Shown one piece after another: positions 13,456-25,349 of a stretch of DNA of 64,000 nucleotides. Both the position numbers and the translations under genes were made by a program. Location: assembly GCA_951406725.2 (NCBI GenBank), contig OX597817.1:130014001-130078000 (forward strand), in the 5' to 3' direction. Numbering within the stretch: the first letter of the stretch is position 1; every line of letters begins with the position of its first letter. This stretch comes from Octopus vulgaris. Taxonomy: Eukaryota. The notes beneath the pieces were generated by a model. It saw only the letters and a program-made list of their open reading frames with translations. It was not told the DNA's origin and did no database searches.

Positions 13456-15410
13456 AGGAAATGAAGAAAATGCTGACAAAATAATTTAAGTAAGGGAGAG
13501 TGTATTTAATTAGGTGAAAGTTCTTTTTACCGGTTGCGCATTTGTTATGCTTATCAAAAGATATTTTTTAAAGAGAGATAGAGTTCCTTTCTGACAGATT
13601 TTTTTCTCTTATCTGACTTTATGTTGGGTTTGCTGTCTCTTATATGTGAAAAAAGAGGCTCCAGAGTTGTTTAAGATTTGCTTGGTTTCGCGCCTAAAAT
13701 TTCTTGTGGACAATGGTCAATACAATTTTGATTGGTCATTATAAAGGGGTCACGTGAATGTTTGAATGGAAGTTGGTGTTGGGGTAAGAAAATAGGCTCC
13801 AGAGATGTTAAAATTTGGCTAGTGTCGCTCCTAAAATTTCTTATTGGTCATAATAAAGAGGTCACGTGGATGTGGTCATAATAGAGAGGTCACGTGAATG
13901 TTTAGAATGAATGTTGCTGTGGGTGGTGTATGGAGTTTTCGAAAATAAGCGTTGTTGAACATTCTTATTGTTCAGGCTGGTCAGTAGACGTCATGTGGAT
14001 ATTTTAAATAGCTTTTTAGCGCGTAGTTAAGGAGTGTATTTTCCGCTTGACTGAATTTGAGCTGGATAAGTAAGTTCGTTTAGGACAGGAAGAGCTTTAT
14101 GTATGTATGTGTGCGCGCGCGTGTGTGTGTGTGTGTGTGTGTGTTTACATGTATGTTGGGGCGCGCGCGCGTGTATATATGTGTGCGTGTGTGGGTACAA
14201 TTTTCAATATTTATAGTTCTGCTGGCCTTGTGCCTGTATCGGGAAGCAACGTGTTTGTGTGAAGTCGATATTTACAGTCATTTCCAAAAAATAGTGTTGG
14301 ATGTTTTGCACCCGTATCAAATTATGTGTATGTGCGGAACCATATATTTGCGTGTCTCATGGTGTTAATATCTGGGTAAAAGTGTGTGTAGGGTGTGTGC
14401 AGGTGTAAGTGTGTCTGTTGTGGGTTCATGTTAGGGGGATGTGTCACGAACCTACAACAAACACACTTACACCTGCACACACCCTACACACACTTTTACC
14501 CAGATATTAACACCATGACACGCAAATATATGGTTCCACACATACACATAATTTGATACGGGTGCAAAACATCCAACACTATTTTTTGGAAATGTCTGTA
14601 AATATTGACTTCACACAAACACATTACTTCCCGATACAGGTACAAGGCCAGCAGAACTATAAGTATTGAAAATTGTACCCACACACGCACACATATATAC
14701 ACGCGCGCGCGCCCCAACATACATGTAAACACACACACACACACACACGCGCGCGCACACATACATACATAAAGCTCTTCCTGTCCTAAACGAACTTACT
14801 TATCCAGCTCAAATTCAGTCAAGCGGAAAATACACTCCTTAACTACGCGCTAAAAAGCTATTTAAAATATCCACATGACGTCTACTGACCAGCCTGAACA
14901 ATAAGAATTTTCAACAACGCTATTTTCGAAAACTCCATACACCACCCACAGCAACATTCATTCTAAACATTCACGTGACCTCTCTATTATGACCACATCC
15001 ACGTGACCTCTTTATTATGACCAATAAGAAATTTTAGGAGCGACACTAGCCAAATTTTAACATCTCTGGGGCCTATTTTCTTACCCCAACACCAACTTCC
15101 ATTCAAACATTCACGTGACCCCTTTATAATGACCAATCAAAATTGTATTGACCATTGTCCACAAGAAATTTTAGGCGCGAAACCAAGCAAATCTTAAACA
15201 ACTCTGGAGCCTCTTTTTTCACATATAAGAGACAGCAAACCCAACATAAAGTCAGATAAGAGAAAAAAATCTATCAGAAAGGAACTCTATCTCTCTTAAA
15301 AAAATATCTTTTGATAAGCATAACAAATGCGCAACCGGTAAAAAGAACTTTCACCTAATTAAATACACTCTCCCTTACTTAAATTATTTTGTCAGCATTT
15401 TCTTAATTTC

Positions 15411-15412
<2 letters not shown>
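13456..15412. repeat. Long inverted repeat: arms 13456-14430 and 14445-15412, 14-nt spacer
   Basis: The arms are reverse complements with only scattered mismatches. Both outer ends run into (TA)n. Confidence 0.97.
15307..15346 (+). ncRNA. Degenerate HHR-like motif (mirror copy 13522-13561, minus strand)
   Basis: TCTT-TTGATAA-GCAT-aacaa-ATGC-GCAA-CCGG-TA-AAAAGA. Stem II and the palindromic ACCGGT are intact, but GAAA reads GCAA and the stem I register is ambiguous. Confidence 0.4.
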
Positions 15413-15451
<39 letters not shown>

Positions 15452-15452
<1 letters not shown>

Positions 15453-16003
15453 TTGCATGTATGTGTAGGTGTGTGGATATGGGACTGGGAAGTGGTCAGT
15501 GTTAGTGTGTGCGTGGTGGTGTGATGTGACGTGATGTGATATGGTGTTGTGTGGTATGGTAGTGTATGGTGTAGCGGTGTGTGGTGTGGTGTGATGGTGT
15601 TGGGATGTGGGGGTAGAGATGGGGTTGGTTACAAGGGAGGGGTGACGATGAATGGAGGGGGGACGGGAGAAAGTGTGTAGGAGGAAGTAGGAGAGAGAGA
15701 GAGGAGAGGGGAGGAGGTTTGATGAAGAGGGGAGGAGAGTTGAGCCCATATGGCGCAAAGGAGCGAAGAGAGAAGATTAATCCTTGTTCACGGCGGAGAC
15801 GGGAGTCCGGATGGCTCCTGTGCAAGGACTATCCGAACACAGACAGCTGTTACAAAAAGTGATCGGTAAAGCGGAAATGGCACGAGACTGGGGTGTCATT
15901 GCCGAGTCGGATGTCTCGGAGGTATTCCGCGAACCAGTCAGCCAAGCGGCGTCCCGTTTGTCCGATGTATAGAGAAGGGCAGAGAGACAGAGAGAGAGAG
16001 AGA

Positions 16004-16057
<54 letters not shown>

Positions 16058-16105
16058 AGGAGATGCAGTAGATGACATTGGTAGAAGTGCAGGTGAAGAA
16101 GTCAC
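15452..16105 (-). mobile_element. 5'-truncated PLE: GIY-YIG endonuclease remnant plus 3' UTR
   Basis: FTCTSTNVIYCISC-[(CT)n expansion]-LYIGQTGRRLADWFAEYLRDIRLG...RLRREQGLIFSL..PYGLN. Same family as 39785-41105. Confidence 0.85.
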
Positions 16106-16212
16106 TGGAAATCAACTGAAAATATCTTCTAAAAGATCCTAAATTCCCTCTGTGAATGACAATGTTATGAAATTAAGAAGTAAAGTACAAAACAACAACG
16201 AAAACAATAATA

Positions 16213-16420
16213 ATCCTTTCTACTATAGACAAAAGGCATTACATTTTAGGAGAGGGGGCTAGTCAATTACACCGACCCCAGTGCTCAACTGGTACTTAGT
16301 TTATCGACCTCGGAAGGATAAAAGGCAAAGATGACTCCGGTAGAATGTGAACCCAGAACGTAAAGACAGACAAGATGCCGATAAGTATTTCAACCGGCGT
16401 GCTAACGATTCTGCCAGCTC
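16213..16420 (-). mobile_element. SINE family B
   Basis: Matches the family B head and central domain. Confidence 0.8.
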
Positions 16421-17191
16421 ACACTTTAATAACGACAACGATAACATAAAAGAAAAAACATCATGAACACTAAGGCTATAACGATTTAAAATGAAAAGCA
16501 AAATAACATTTTAACCAACCAAACAACCAATTTCTAATTTCATTGAAGCAGAACGGTTTTCTTCAAATTACGCTTTATTGGTATATTTTCGATTCTACTA
16601 ATGATTTAACAACAAGCTTCTGTTTCCAGCTACATCAGAGTGTGCAGGGGTCGGTTTGACAGCTGGTAATGTTGGGTGTGAAGTGTGGACAGTTTGACAG
16701 TTTTATCTGACACAAAATGACATCAAGAGGGCATATTAATTCTACTGCAGTTGTCAAACCTGTTGTCAGCAGCCGCAATAAGAAAAAACTGTTGAGACTA
16801 ATGATGATGATAATGATGAATTTGAAGAGATGAAAATGGGGGTGGGGTGGAGGAAGATGATAAAAATGTAGGGAGTTCATGCTGATAATGAGAGATTTGT
16901 TGTTGAGCAGACAAGTAGGTTTGCATGTCATGTACTCTGTCATAATTTTTACATAGCAATATCTACTACCTGAACTTGCAGGTGCGATATATAGCTACAA
17001 CACCGATTAGAGACACACACACATACACACACACATGTATAAAAAGGAGCCTCAGTAAAATGCGACACACAACCAAAATCGAACTCAAAATTGGGTTCCA
17101 CGCTCCTCTCCAAAAACCTGTGTAGTATAGCACGGTGAATCAAACTCAGGATAGGCGAGGGTGCAGAATGCGAGCCAAATGACAGAAAAAT

Positions 17192-17392
17192 AATAATAAG
17201 CGGAAAAAAGACATGGTATTCAAAGCTTGATAGGACATACACGCGTTTCAGCGACATGCTAAAATAATTACATAACAATAGAGGTATTATGTAATGTTTC
17301 TACTACTGCTATGCAATTATTCCGGCATTTTGATGAAACCCGTGTTTGCCCTATTAAGCTTTGAATACCAAACCTATTTTCCTCTTCTTATT
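17192..17392. repeat. Imperfect inverted repeat with ~90-bp arms (MITE-like hairpin)
   Basis: GGTATTCAAAGCTTGATAGGACATACACGCGTTTCA versus TGAAACCCGTGTTTGCCCTATTAAGCTTTGAATACC. Confidence 0.75.
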
Positions 17393-17649
17393 TTCTATAT
17401 ATACATACATGTAAATATATATGTAAGTGTGTGTGTATTTGTACGCGTGCACTCGCACTTACATAAGCACACGTGTATTCTGTAGCAACAGTAAGCATTC
17501 GATTCATGGCGCACAATCATAATAACAAAGTTAACTAACAAACATTTACAGATTTACACGTAAAATACACTTAGTAATATAAATATTAACACTAAAATTT
17601 ATCTACTCGGCTTGAGGAGAAACCAGAGTAAGTTAACACTAAAATTAAC

Positions 17650-19460
17650 AACAGTTTTGTTCAAAGTTCATGACTTTGTGATATCAGTATACTGAAATCA
17701 GCAAGGAAGGGGCATTTGAATTGAACAGAAGCCCAATTTTTACAAATCATTAATGCTGTTCCATATGATAGTTGGTGGAAAGAGGGGACAGCTAGTTTAC
17801 AACATTATTTCTGCAATATTTCTTTCAAGAAGTTTGCGTATGGAAACCGTACAAAAATGTACATTTGTGAAGATATCACGCCCTTGTTTTTGTTTGTATA
17901 CACAAATTCAGATTGTAAGACACTAATGATACATATAAAGCAATACTTTATAGTTATATGTACAGTATATCTCCCATCAAGTAGCTCGTCATGATAGAAA
18001 ATTTGAGGAGTACCTCAGAAAGTTAGGAGTATTATTCAAACTGGAACACTGAATCACTCTTTGACGCTGTTGCCACCTTAATTTCAACCTCAAAGAATCA
18101 ATCATATTCTATCAGGAATATCACAGTGAGACTAAAGATCTTACCTAACCACGGGCTAGACCATCCTAGATTTCTGCTTCCAAAGTAGCATGGAGCTTAT
18201 CCATAAGATGAATACTGAGAATTAACAAAATGCGCTTCAAAATAAACTGCAGCCCGACATTTCATTAGGAACACTCAAGCGTTATCCAGCCTGAATTTCC
18301 ACAACGCTCAGGGGAAATCAACTGAAAATATCTTCTAAAAGATCCTAAATTCCCTCTGTGCATGACAATATCATGAAATTAAAGTAATATATATTAATAA
18401 TGCAAGCTATTTGCGTTAAATTTGTCTCAGAGAGAGAGTGAGGACTACATTCACAAAAAGTTAATTCTCAGGGACAAAAGAATTCTGATGAAACAAAGAA
18501 CATATATCTGAATTTGTTTAAATGAACAAATCACTGGCAACGAAAAATATCCCTTTTAAAAAGGATTTTCTTATCAAACTGGGGATAAAAATCAAAGCCA
18601 TAGTTTCATTGTTTCAATGAAATAGCGCACTAACTACAGAGTCCTTTAGGGTTTGTGAAATACTGAATGAATAATTCAAGACTTATTTTCACTACACTGA
18701 CGGGAAACATGCAAATAAATAAGCTGAATGAATTTTTCAATATTACAAGTCTGAAATGGGAAGTGACAACTATCAATTACTATCATATAAAGGAAGATGA
18801 AAGAATAAGTCCAAATTTAGCTTGATAGGCTCTTGACAAGTCTCTTGAAATCATACTATAAACTCATTCACAATCATTTTAGATGCTTTCAGATACTTTT
18901 CGAAATTTTCATGTATGCTACCCAAAAATGTTGAAGAAAGGGATTTGTTTTATCTGTAAAGGAGGGAGTTGATTATATGCTAACAATAACAGGCCTGTCT
19001 ATCTCTGAATTCACAAATCAGCGACGCCTTAGACATTCAGAGTAGATTCCTTTTCATATATTTGATAGCAAAAACATGATATTTTGAGTAACACTCAGAG
19101 TAGATTCCGAAGCTGTCTCATACAACTTTTGCAACGTTATAATTAGAGAGAGGAGAAGAAGCTGCACAACTAATCAAATGCAAATGTGATATATCTCGAC
19201 TTTAAGGAAGTATCTCAGCAAGTAGGTATGTCACAAACTACCTGGTCTCGAAGGAGAATCGCTGCACGACTTCATAAAGGATAAGAGTGAAGCTGTTACA
19301 GACAACAATGTTCTTTCCAAAAATGCATGAATGAATTACAAATAGAATATACACATGGATGTGTTTAGAACTATCACTGTTTGTAACAGCTCTATCACAC
19401 ACGCTTCTAATAGCTCTTTCGAGCAATCATTTTCACTCGGGATTAATTTTGGTACGAAGA
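17650..19460 (+). mobile_element. Very decayed hAT-type (ZMYM1-like) transposase remnant
   Basis: SDETK..EQI near 18485-18530 and ASNSSFEQSFS near 19404-19436 resemble the hAT catalytic DET and C-terminal ERxFS motifs, in the right order. No open frame remains. Confidence 0.45.
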
Positions 19461-20040
19461 AAATACCAATGGCAATCACAATGATGTCAAATAACACATG
19501 AAAGACCACGATAAAAAAAACAAAAAAACTAGTAGGCTGATAATACCAGTCCCTTATAGTTAAATCCTTCAGGTATTTTGCTATTAGGCCTTTAAAGATT
19601 GTAGGCAGGATATACAGGACCTGATTGTAATCCCAGCGTCACAACCAGTGCATGATAGTACCAGGATTATGATCAGTAATGAAGTATCATTGCATGGAAA
19701 CTCTTTCTTTCTCTCTCCCTCCCTTCCCCTCTCCCCCTTCTCTCTCTCTCATCACTGTCTCTCTATCTATCTACACACAGACACACACAACCACACGCGT
19801 GCGCTTACATTCGGGATATTGACAGTTAGGTTTAAACTTTCAACAAAGAACTCAAAAATATAGCGAATGATCATATTTCCAAGTATTATATACAGTAATG
19901 TAGGAAAATATAACAGTATGTCACGCGACGACAGCCAGTCATGTTATACAAACATTGAAATAAATATACACATTTCATACATACATACATACATACATAC
20001 ATACATACATACATAAATACATGCATACATGCGCGTGTGT

Positions 20041-20099
<59 letters not shown>

Positions 20100-20358
20100 T
20101 GTGCACGTATACTTCCAGGAAACGTACTTTGTTCCTATCATGTGTTGATCCTTCTGGAAAAAATGTAAATAATTCAGTTAATTTTCGGGTGATGTCGGGA
20201 GTATTATACACACCGTTGTTGATAGAAATTTGAAAATTAGACATCGGCTTTTATCGAGATCAACGATGCTTTGCATCATTCAGCTATGGGTAAAATTATA
20301 CACAAGAAAACATGATACATACATATAAGCATTATATATATATGTATGTATTATATAC

Positions 20359-20393
<35 letters not shown>

Positions 20394-20405
20394 TATACAT
20401 ACATA

Positions 20406-21095
20406 CGAGATCAATAAGTATCTGACTGTTGGCATAGTAACGAAGCTAAAGCACGCAGAGTGAAGCCGCTTGGCAAGGATTGACCTTGAACTGCTGTGCA
20501 TGCGCATTTAGTTTTAACGTTCTAACTTACAGTGCTTGGAAGGAGGTTGTGTAGCTTGTGATCGTTGCATTGACCATGACAGAAAAAGTTGTCATGACGA
20601 TACCTATTCAGAAGCCAACGCAAAGTTGCAGAAAATGTATGGAGAGGAGTATATGAGCCGCACACAAGTGTACGAGTGGTTCAGATATTTCCAAGATGGC
20701 CGAAGAAATGTCAATATCGAGAACGTTCTGAAGATTTGGGTATGAGACGCGTGTCTGGCAAGTTTGTACCAAAACAGCTTTCAGCTGACCAAAACGACAC
20801 TCAGGTTTCAGTTGCGCAAGATCTCCTTCATTGTATCGAGAACGATGAAAATTTTTGAAAACTTTGCGTAGGCCTCTACGCATGTATCGCCAAACTATTG
20901 GCAAATATGATGCAGATTCTCAGCGACGATCACACACTACACGCCTTCTTTCCAAGTACTGCTGTAAACAGCGAAAGTGAGCTAGAACGCTAAAACTTAA
21001 TGCGTTCAAAGTCTATCTCTGCCAAGCAGCTTTACTCTGCGTGCTTTAGCTTTGTTGCTATGGCAACAGTTCTGATACTTATTGATCAGACCACG
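20406..21095 (+). mobile_element. Non-autonomous mariner derivative with ~165-bp inverted termini
   Basis: GATCAATAAGTATC..GCTAAAGCACGCAGAGT is mirrored at 21030-21090, with TA flanks. The interior encodes KLQKMYGEEYMSRTQVYEWF..FQDGR and LGMRRVSGKFVPKQLS. Confidence 0.85.
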
Positions 21096-21277
21096 TATAT
21101 ATATATATATATATATATATACACAAATATGTATATACACATACATACATACATACATACATACATACATACATAGGTATGTATATATGTATGTATGTAT
21201 GTATGTATATATCCATATGTATATACATATTTGTGTATATATATATATATATATATAATAATATATATATATATAGG

Positions 21278-21350
<73 letters not shown>

Positions 21351-21440
21351 CTCTCTCTCTCTCTCTCTCGTGACCTCGTGAAGACTACCTGCAATTTTTT
21401 TTCCTCTGTCCTCCCGTCTCGGGATCTTTCTTTCTCCTAT

Positions 21441-21475
21441 GTTTCCGACGAAGAGCTCCGCTCGAAACGTCATAC
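21441..21475 (+). ncRNA. Minimal HHR in a second PLE-like terminal fragment (about 21368-21570, ends in (TA)n)
   Basis: GTTT-CCGACGA-A-GAGC-tcc-GCTC-GAAA-CGT-C-ATAC. GUC triplet, palindromic ACGT, one stem I mismatch. Confidence 0.7.
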
Positions 21476-21566
21476 CCTCCTTCTTCCATTTTCCTGAGCG
21501 CCTAATAATAATAATACTGTAATTGTTCCACGTGTTGTTGTTTTTTCTGTTTTCCCGTTTGGATTA

Positions 21567-21630
<64 letters not shown>

Positions 21631-21758
21631 TGCATATATACATACGTAAATACATACATATATAGAGAGAGAGTGAGAAGGAGAGAGAGAAAGACAGGCA
21701 AATACATTGCAGAGGGAGACTGATTTATAGACAGACAATCAGACGAGCAGATAGAAAA

Positions 21759-21827
<69 letters not shown>

Positions 21828-22260
21828 CAGATTGGCAAGCAGGCAGTTAAGCTAACAGACAGACAGACAGATAGAGAGACGGACAGACATATAATATACG
21901 TTACTATAAACATACTTCGAGGCATTATGTCAGGCACACAGAGACAAACATATAGTAAACCCTTAAAATCAGCAAAACCGTCATACTTAGGCGTTAAAGG
22001 TCAACTATCAACTGTTGCGCTTTGTATTATCACTGATATAGCTTGCTCTGACTTAAAAAAAAGGTCAAACCTAGAAGTGAGAAGGTCAACTTTAGAAGGT
22101 TCATTTGCATAAGTATTCATTGCATTGAGCATCAAAGTTGTGAACTCTGTTTTACTTTGAATAGAAAACAACAAACTGTTTAAAATTGAGAAAGTTTGCT
22201 CTTTTTGATGGGATAAGTGCAAAGCAAACGGCAATAATAAAGATGAGAGGATGTATGAGC

Positions 22261-22297
<37 letters not shown>

Positions 22298-22574
22298 TGC
22301 GTGTGCAATACATACACATGCACTTAGATATATACATTCATGATTCATGCTCATTGTCAGTCACCGCCTTAACGTTGTTACGTTATTGAAAGCTTCTCGG
22401 AAACTGTGCGTTTCAATGAAACGACGTAAAGCGGAACCTCTCTTACCATAGGTTCAATTTCTACGTACATTCATTGCTACAAAGGCATGATTCAATTACC
22501 TAAAGATGATTTACGTTTCTACGTATATTCATCGTTACAAAGGCCTGATCTTAATAGACCCAAACTATTTATAA

Positions 22575-22960
22575 TATTGGTTTCAAATTTTGGCACAAGA
22601 CCAGCAATTTCGGGCGATGGGATAACTCGATTATATCAACCCCAGTGCTCAACTGATACTTATTTTACCGACCTCGTGAGGATGAAAGGCAAAGTTGACC
22701 TTGGCGACATTTAAAGCCAGAACATACACACGGATAAAATGCTGCTAAGCATTTCCATCCGGTGAGCTAACGATTCTGCCAGCTCGCTGCCTTAAAAGTA
22801 TTTCTAATATTAAACACTAAAACAAATTCCTCCGAGATCGACTTTACCTTTCATTCTTTTGGAGTCGATAGAGTTAGTACCAGTTGAACTCTAGGGTCGA
22901 TGCAATCAACATATCCCCTTCCACGAAATTGCTGAGATTTGTGCCAAAATTTGAAATCAA
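22575..22960. mobile_element. Two SINE B copies back to back (- then +)
   Basis: 22575-22795 carries the minus-strand head and core; 22820-22960 carries the plus-strand core and tail. Confidence 0.75.
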
Positions 22961-23052
22961 TATTAAATAATGAAACATTGGCTCACACGCATCTTTCCTA
23001 CACACATACGTATGCATGCATGCATGAATATGCTTCACACATATTTAAAAAA

Positions 23053-23435
23053 GGCATGGCTGTGTAGTAAGAAGCTTGCTTCTCAACCCCATGGTTCCGG
23101 GTTCAGTTCCACTGCATGGCACCTTGTGCAAATGTCTTCTACAATAGCTTAGGTCCGACAAAAACCTTATGAATGGATTTGGTAGACGGAAACCGAAAGA
23201 AACCCGTCGTACATGTATATATGTATGTATATTTATTTTTGTCTTCGTGTCTATGTTTGTCTGGCCACCATCGCTTGTGTGTTTACCTTCCCGTAACCTA
23301 GTGGTTCGGCAAAAGAGACCGATAGAATATGTACTAGGCTTACAAAGAATAAGTCCTGGGGTCGATTTCTTCGATAAAAACCCTTTAAGACGGTGCTCCA
23401 GCATGACCTAGGTCAAATGACTGAAACAAGTAAAA
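23053..23435 (+). mobile_element. Full-length SINE family A
   Basis: tRNA-like head, core, microsatellite middle and tail ending GACTGAAACAAGTAAAA. Confidence 0.9.
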
Positions 23436-23479
23436 AAAAATCAGACAATAAAAGAATCCATTAAAACACTAATTTCCTT

Positions 23480-24560
23480 AATTTTATCGTTGTGCAGTCT
23501 TTTCTTCTGCTTGTATAATCTCTTGTAACATTCATTATCAACCTGCTTGCTCACCACCTTCTCCCTTCCTGAATAATTTTTTCTGGGAAAATGACCATAG
23601 CTATATCTAAAAACTGAAAAGCATTTCGTAAGTCTTTATTTCTTTTTCATATGATTCAGATAACTCCAATGGTTCTCAACTCATTCCATGACAGTAGAAA
23701 AACCACCTGAACATTATCTATTAAGTCATGCAGATTAACTAAATGACCTGGTGTATTGTCCACAAGAAGTAAACGCTTTATTTCCAAATTTCTTAGTCTG
23801 ACAATAATCTTTTACAGCTCTGCAGAAACACAAATTATAGTAATTTTGAGACACTATTCTGTTGAACGCCAAAACATGATATTTAGAGTAGCTTTTTATA
23901 GCCATTGGAATCTCAATATGAAAAATAGCCAGTTCGATTTTTCGATTTTTCCATTTTTTTCTTTACGCAAAGTGAATTCATTTTGGCCTTTGTTTTCCCA
24001 AACAGACCCAAATTTGCAACGGTGTTTATCCTCCTTTGTCAATAATATTTTTCAGTACAACGGCAGCTTTGTCAGAACTTTCACACTCAGAAGCTTTATG
24101 TTATGCAATTATGAACGATTGTCGAAACGCACCGACCAACCACGACTTGCTATAGAGCTTTCACTTTCAGCACTGGATCCTTGGCCTTTTCTTCAGGTTA
24201 TCAAATAAACTTGCAGCTTTCATTTATATGGCAAGTAGCGAACATGGAGAGTTAAGCTGATGTATATTCTCCATCAATATGTTTAAAAATCTTTTCTATA
24301 TTTTCGATTATGTTAGTTCTATTCTTATTTAATTTTGTAGTAGCTAGAGTTATTAGCTTTTAAGAAAAAGCTGCAAACTAATCATCGACAATACTGCAAA
24401 TTTGTCGCACATTTGTTGGTTATTGACTGAGAGCTCTTCCAATATTTGAGGTTTGCGATGCATCTATCCCATCGTCGGATCTCCGCAACAATCCTAATTT
24501 ATTGTCATTTTTTCTGTTTTCTCTTAGTGTGTCCTCAAATGGGCCACAAAATTTGTTCTT
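23480..24560 (-). mobile_element. Decayed Tigger/pogo transposase remnant
   Basis: Minus strand gives ASRGW..RF...LHNIK.....SSDKAA (~24065-24155) then GLF(W) (~24000), typical of CENP-B-HTH/DDE_1 transposases. An N-terminal KLGLLRRSDDG..IGRAL is also present. Confidence 0.6.
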
Positions 24561-25349
24561 GTAGTCATGACAACATAAATACATATAAAGAAAAACATAT
24601 TTGCAGAGTGGAATACATATTTGCAGAGTGAAAACAGTAAGAAACACTTCCTTACACAATCACTCAGATCAAAAACAAACAACAATAATAAAAAAAACTG
24701 GATTGCTTTAATTTGTGCTTTTACCTTTCCCTTCTCTAAATTTATTTACTTGTCCTTATTTTTTATAATTTTCATTTAATTCCATGTTTTAAACGCAAGT
24801 AGAAAAGCGACTTAGTGGAAACTGAAAAGAAAACATTCTGCACTCAATACATCGAAGTTAGTAGAGTTTTGAGAATTTGAAGTGGATTAACAGAGATCAA
24901 ACAGACCTCACTTTAGAAATGTATTAATTACTATGTGTTAAATATAATTCCACTGTGTAGTTTACTTTTCATTGTTTATTCTACATTTTACTATAGTCGT
25001 AACTTTAAAAAAATTACAAGTGAAGTTGACGGCTTTTAAATAAAAGTGATAAGTGTCTTTATTCATCGTTTTATCTCTATCTTTATTTTACTAAATTTAA
25101 AACCTATACATTTTAAGAATTTTAATTTTACAGCATTTGTTTTATTATCAATATTTTTCGTCAATGTTATAGCGTAACGTTAAACGAAACGAATGTGAAG
25201 CGAGCACTTCGCAATGAAACGTAACTATCAATGGAATATATAAAAAATTATACTACTGCTTTAGTTAATTAAATCTATTAATTAATAAACGTTCATAGAT
25301 GTAAACTGATATTATCTTTCTCTCACCTTTCTGTGTATATAGTCCATTG

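Noticed and set aside
23053-23115. tRNA-like A and B boxes in SINE heads
   Set aside because: No cloverleaf; they are SINE Pol III promoters, not tRNA genes.
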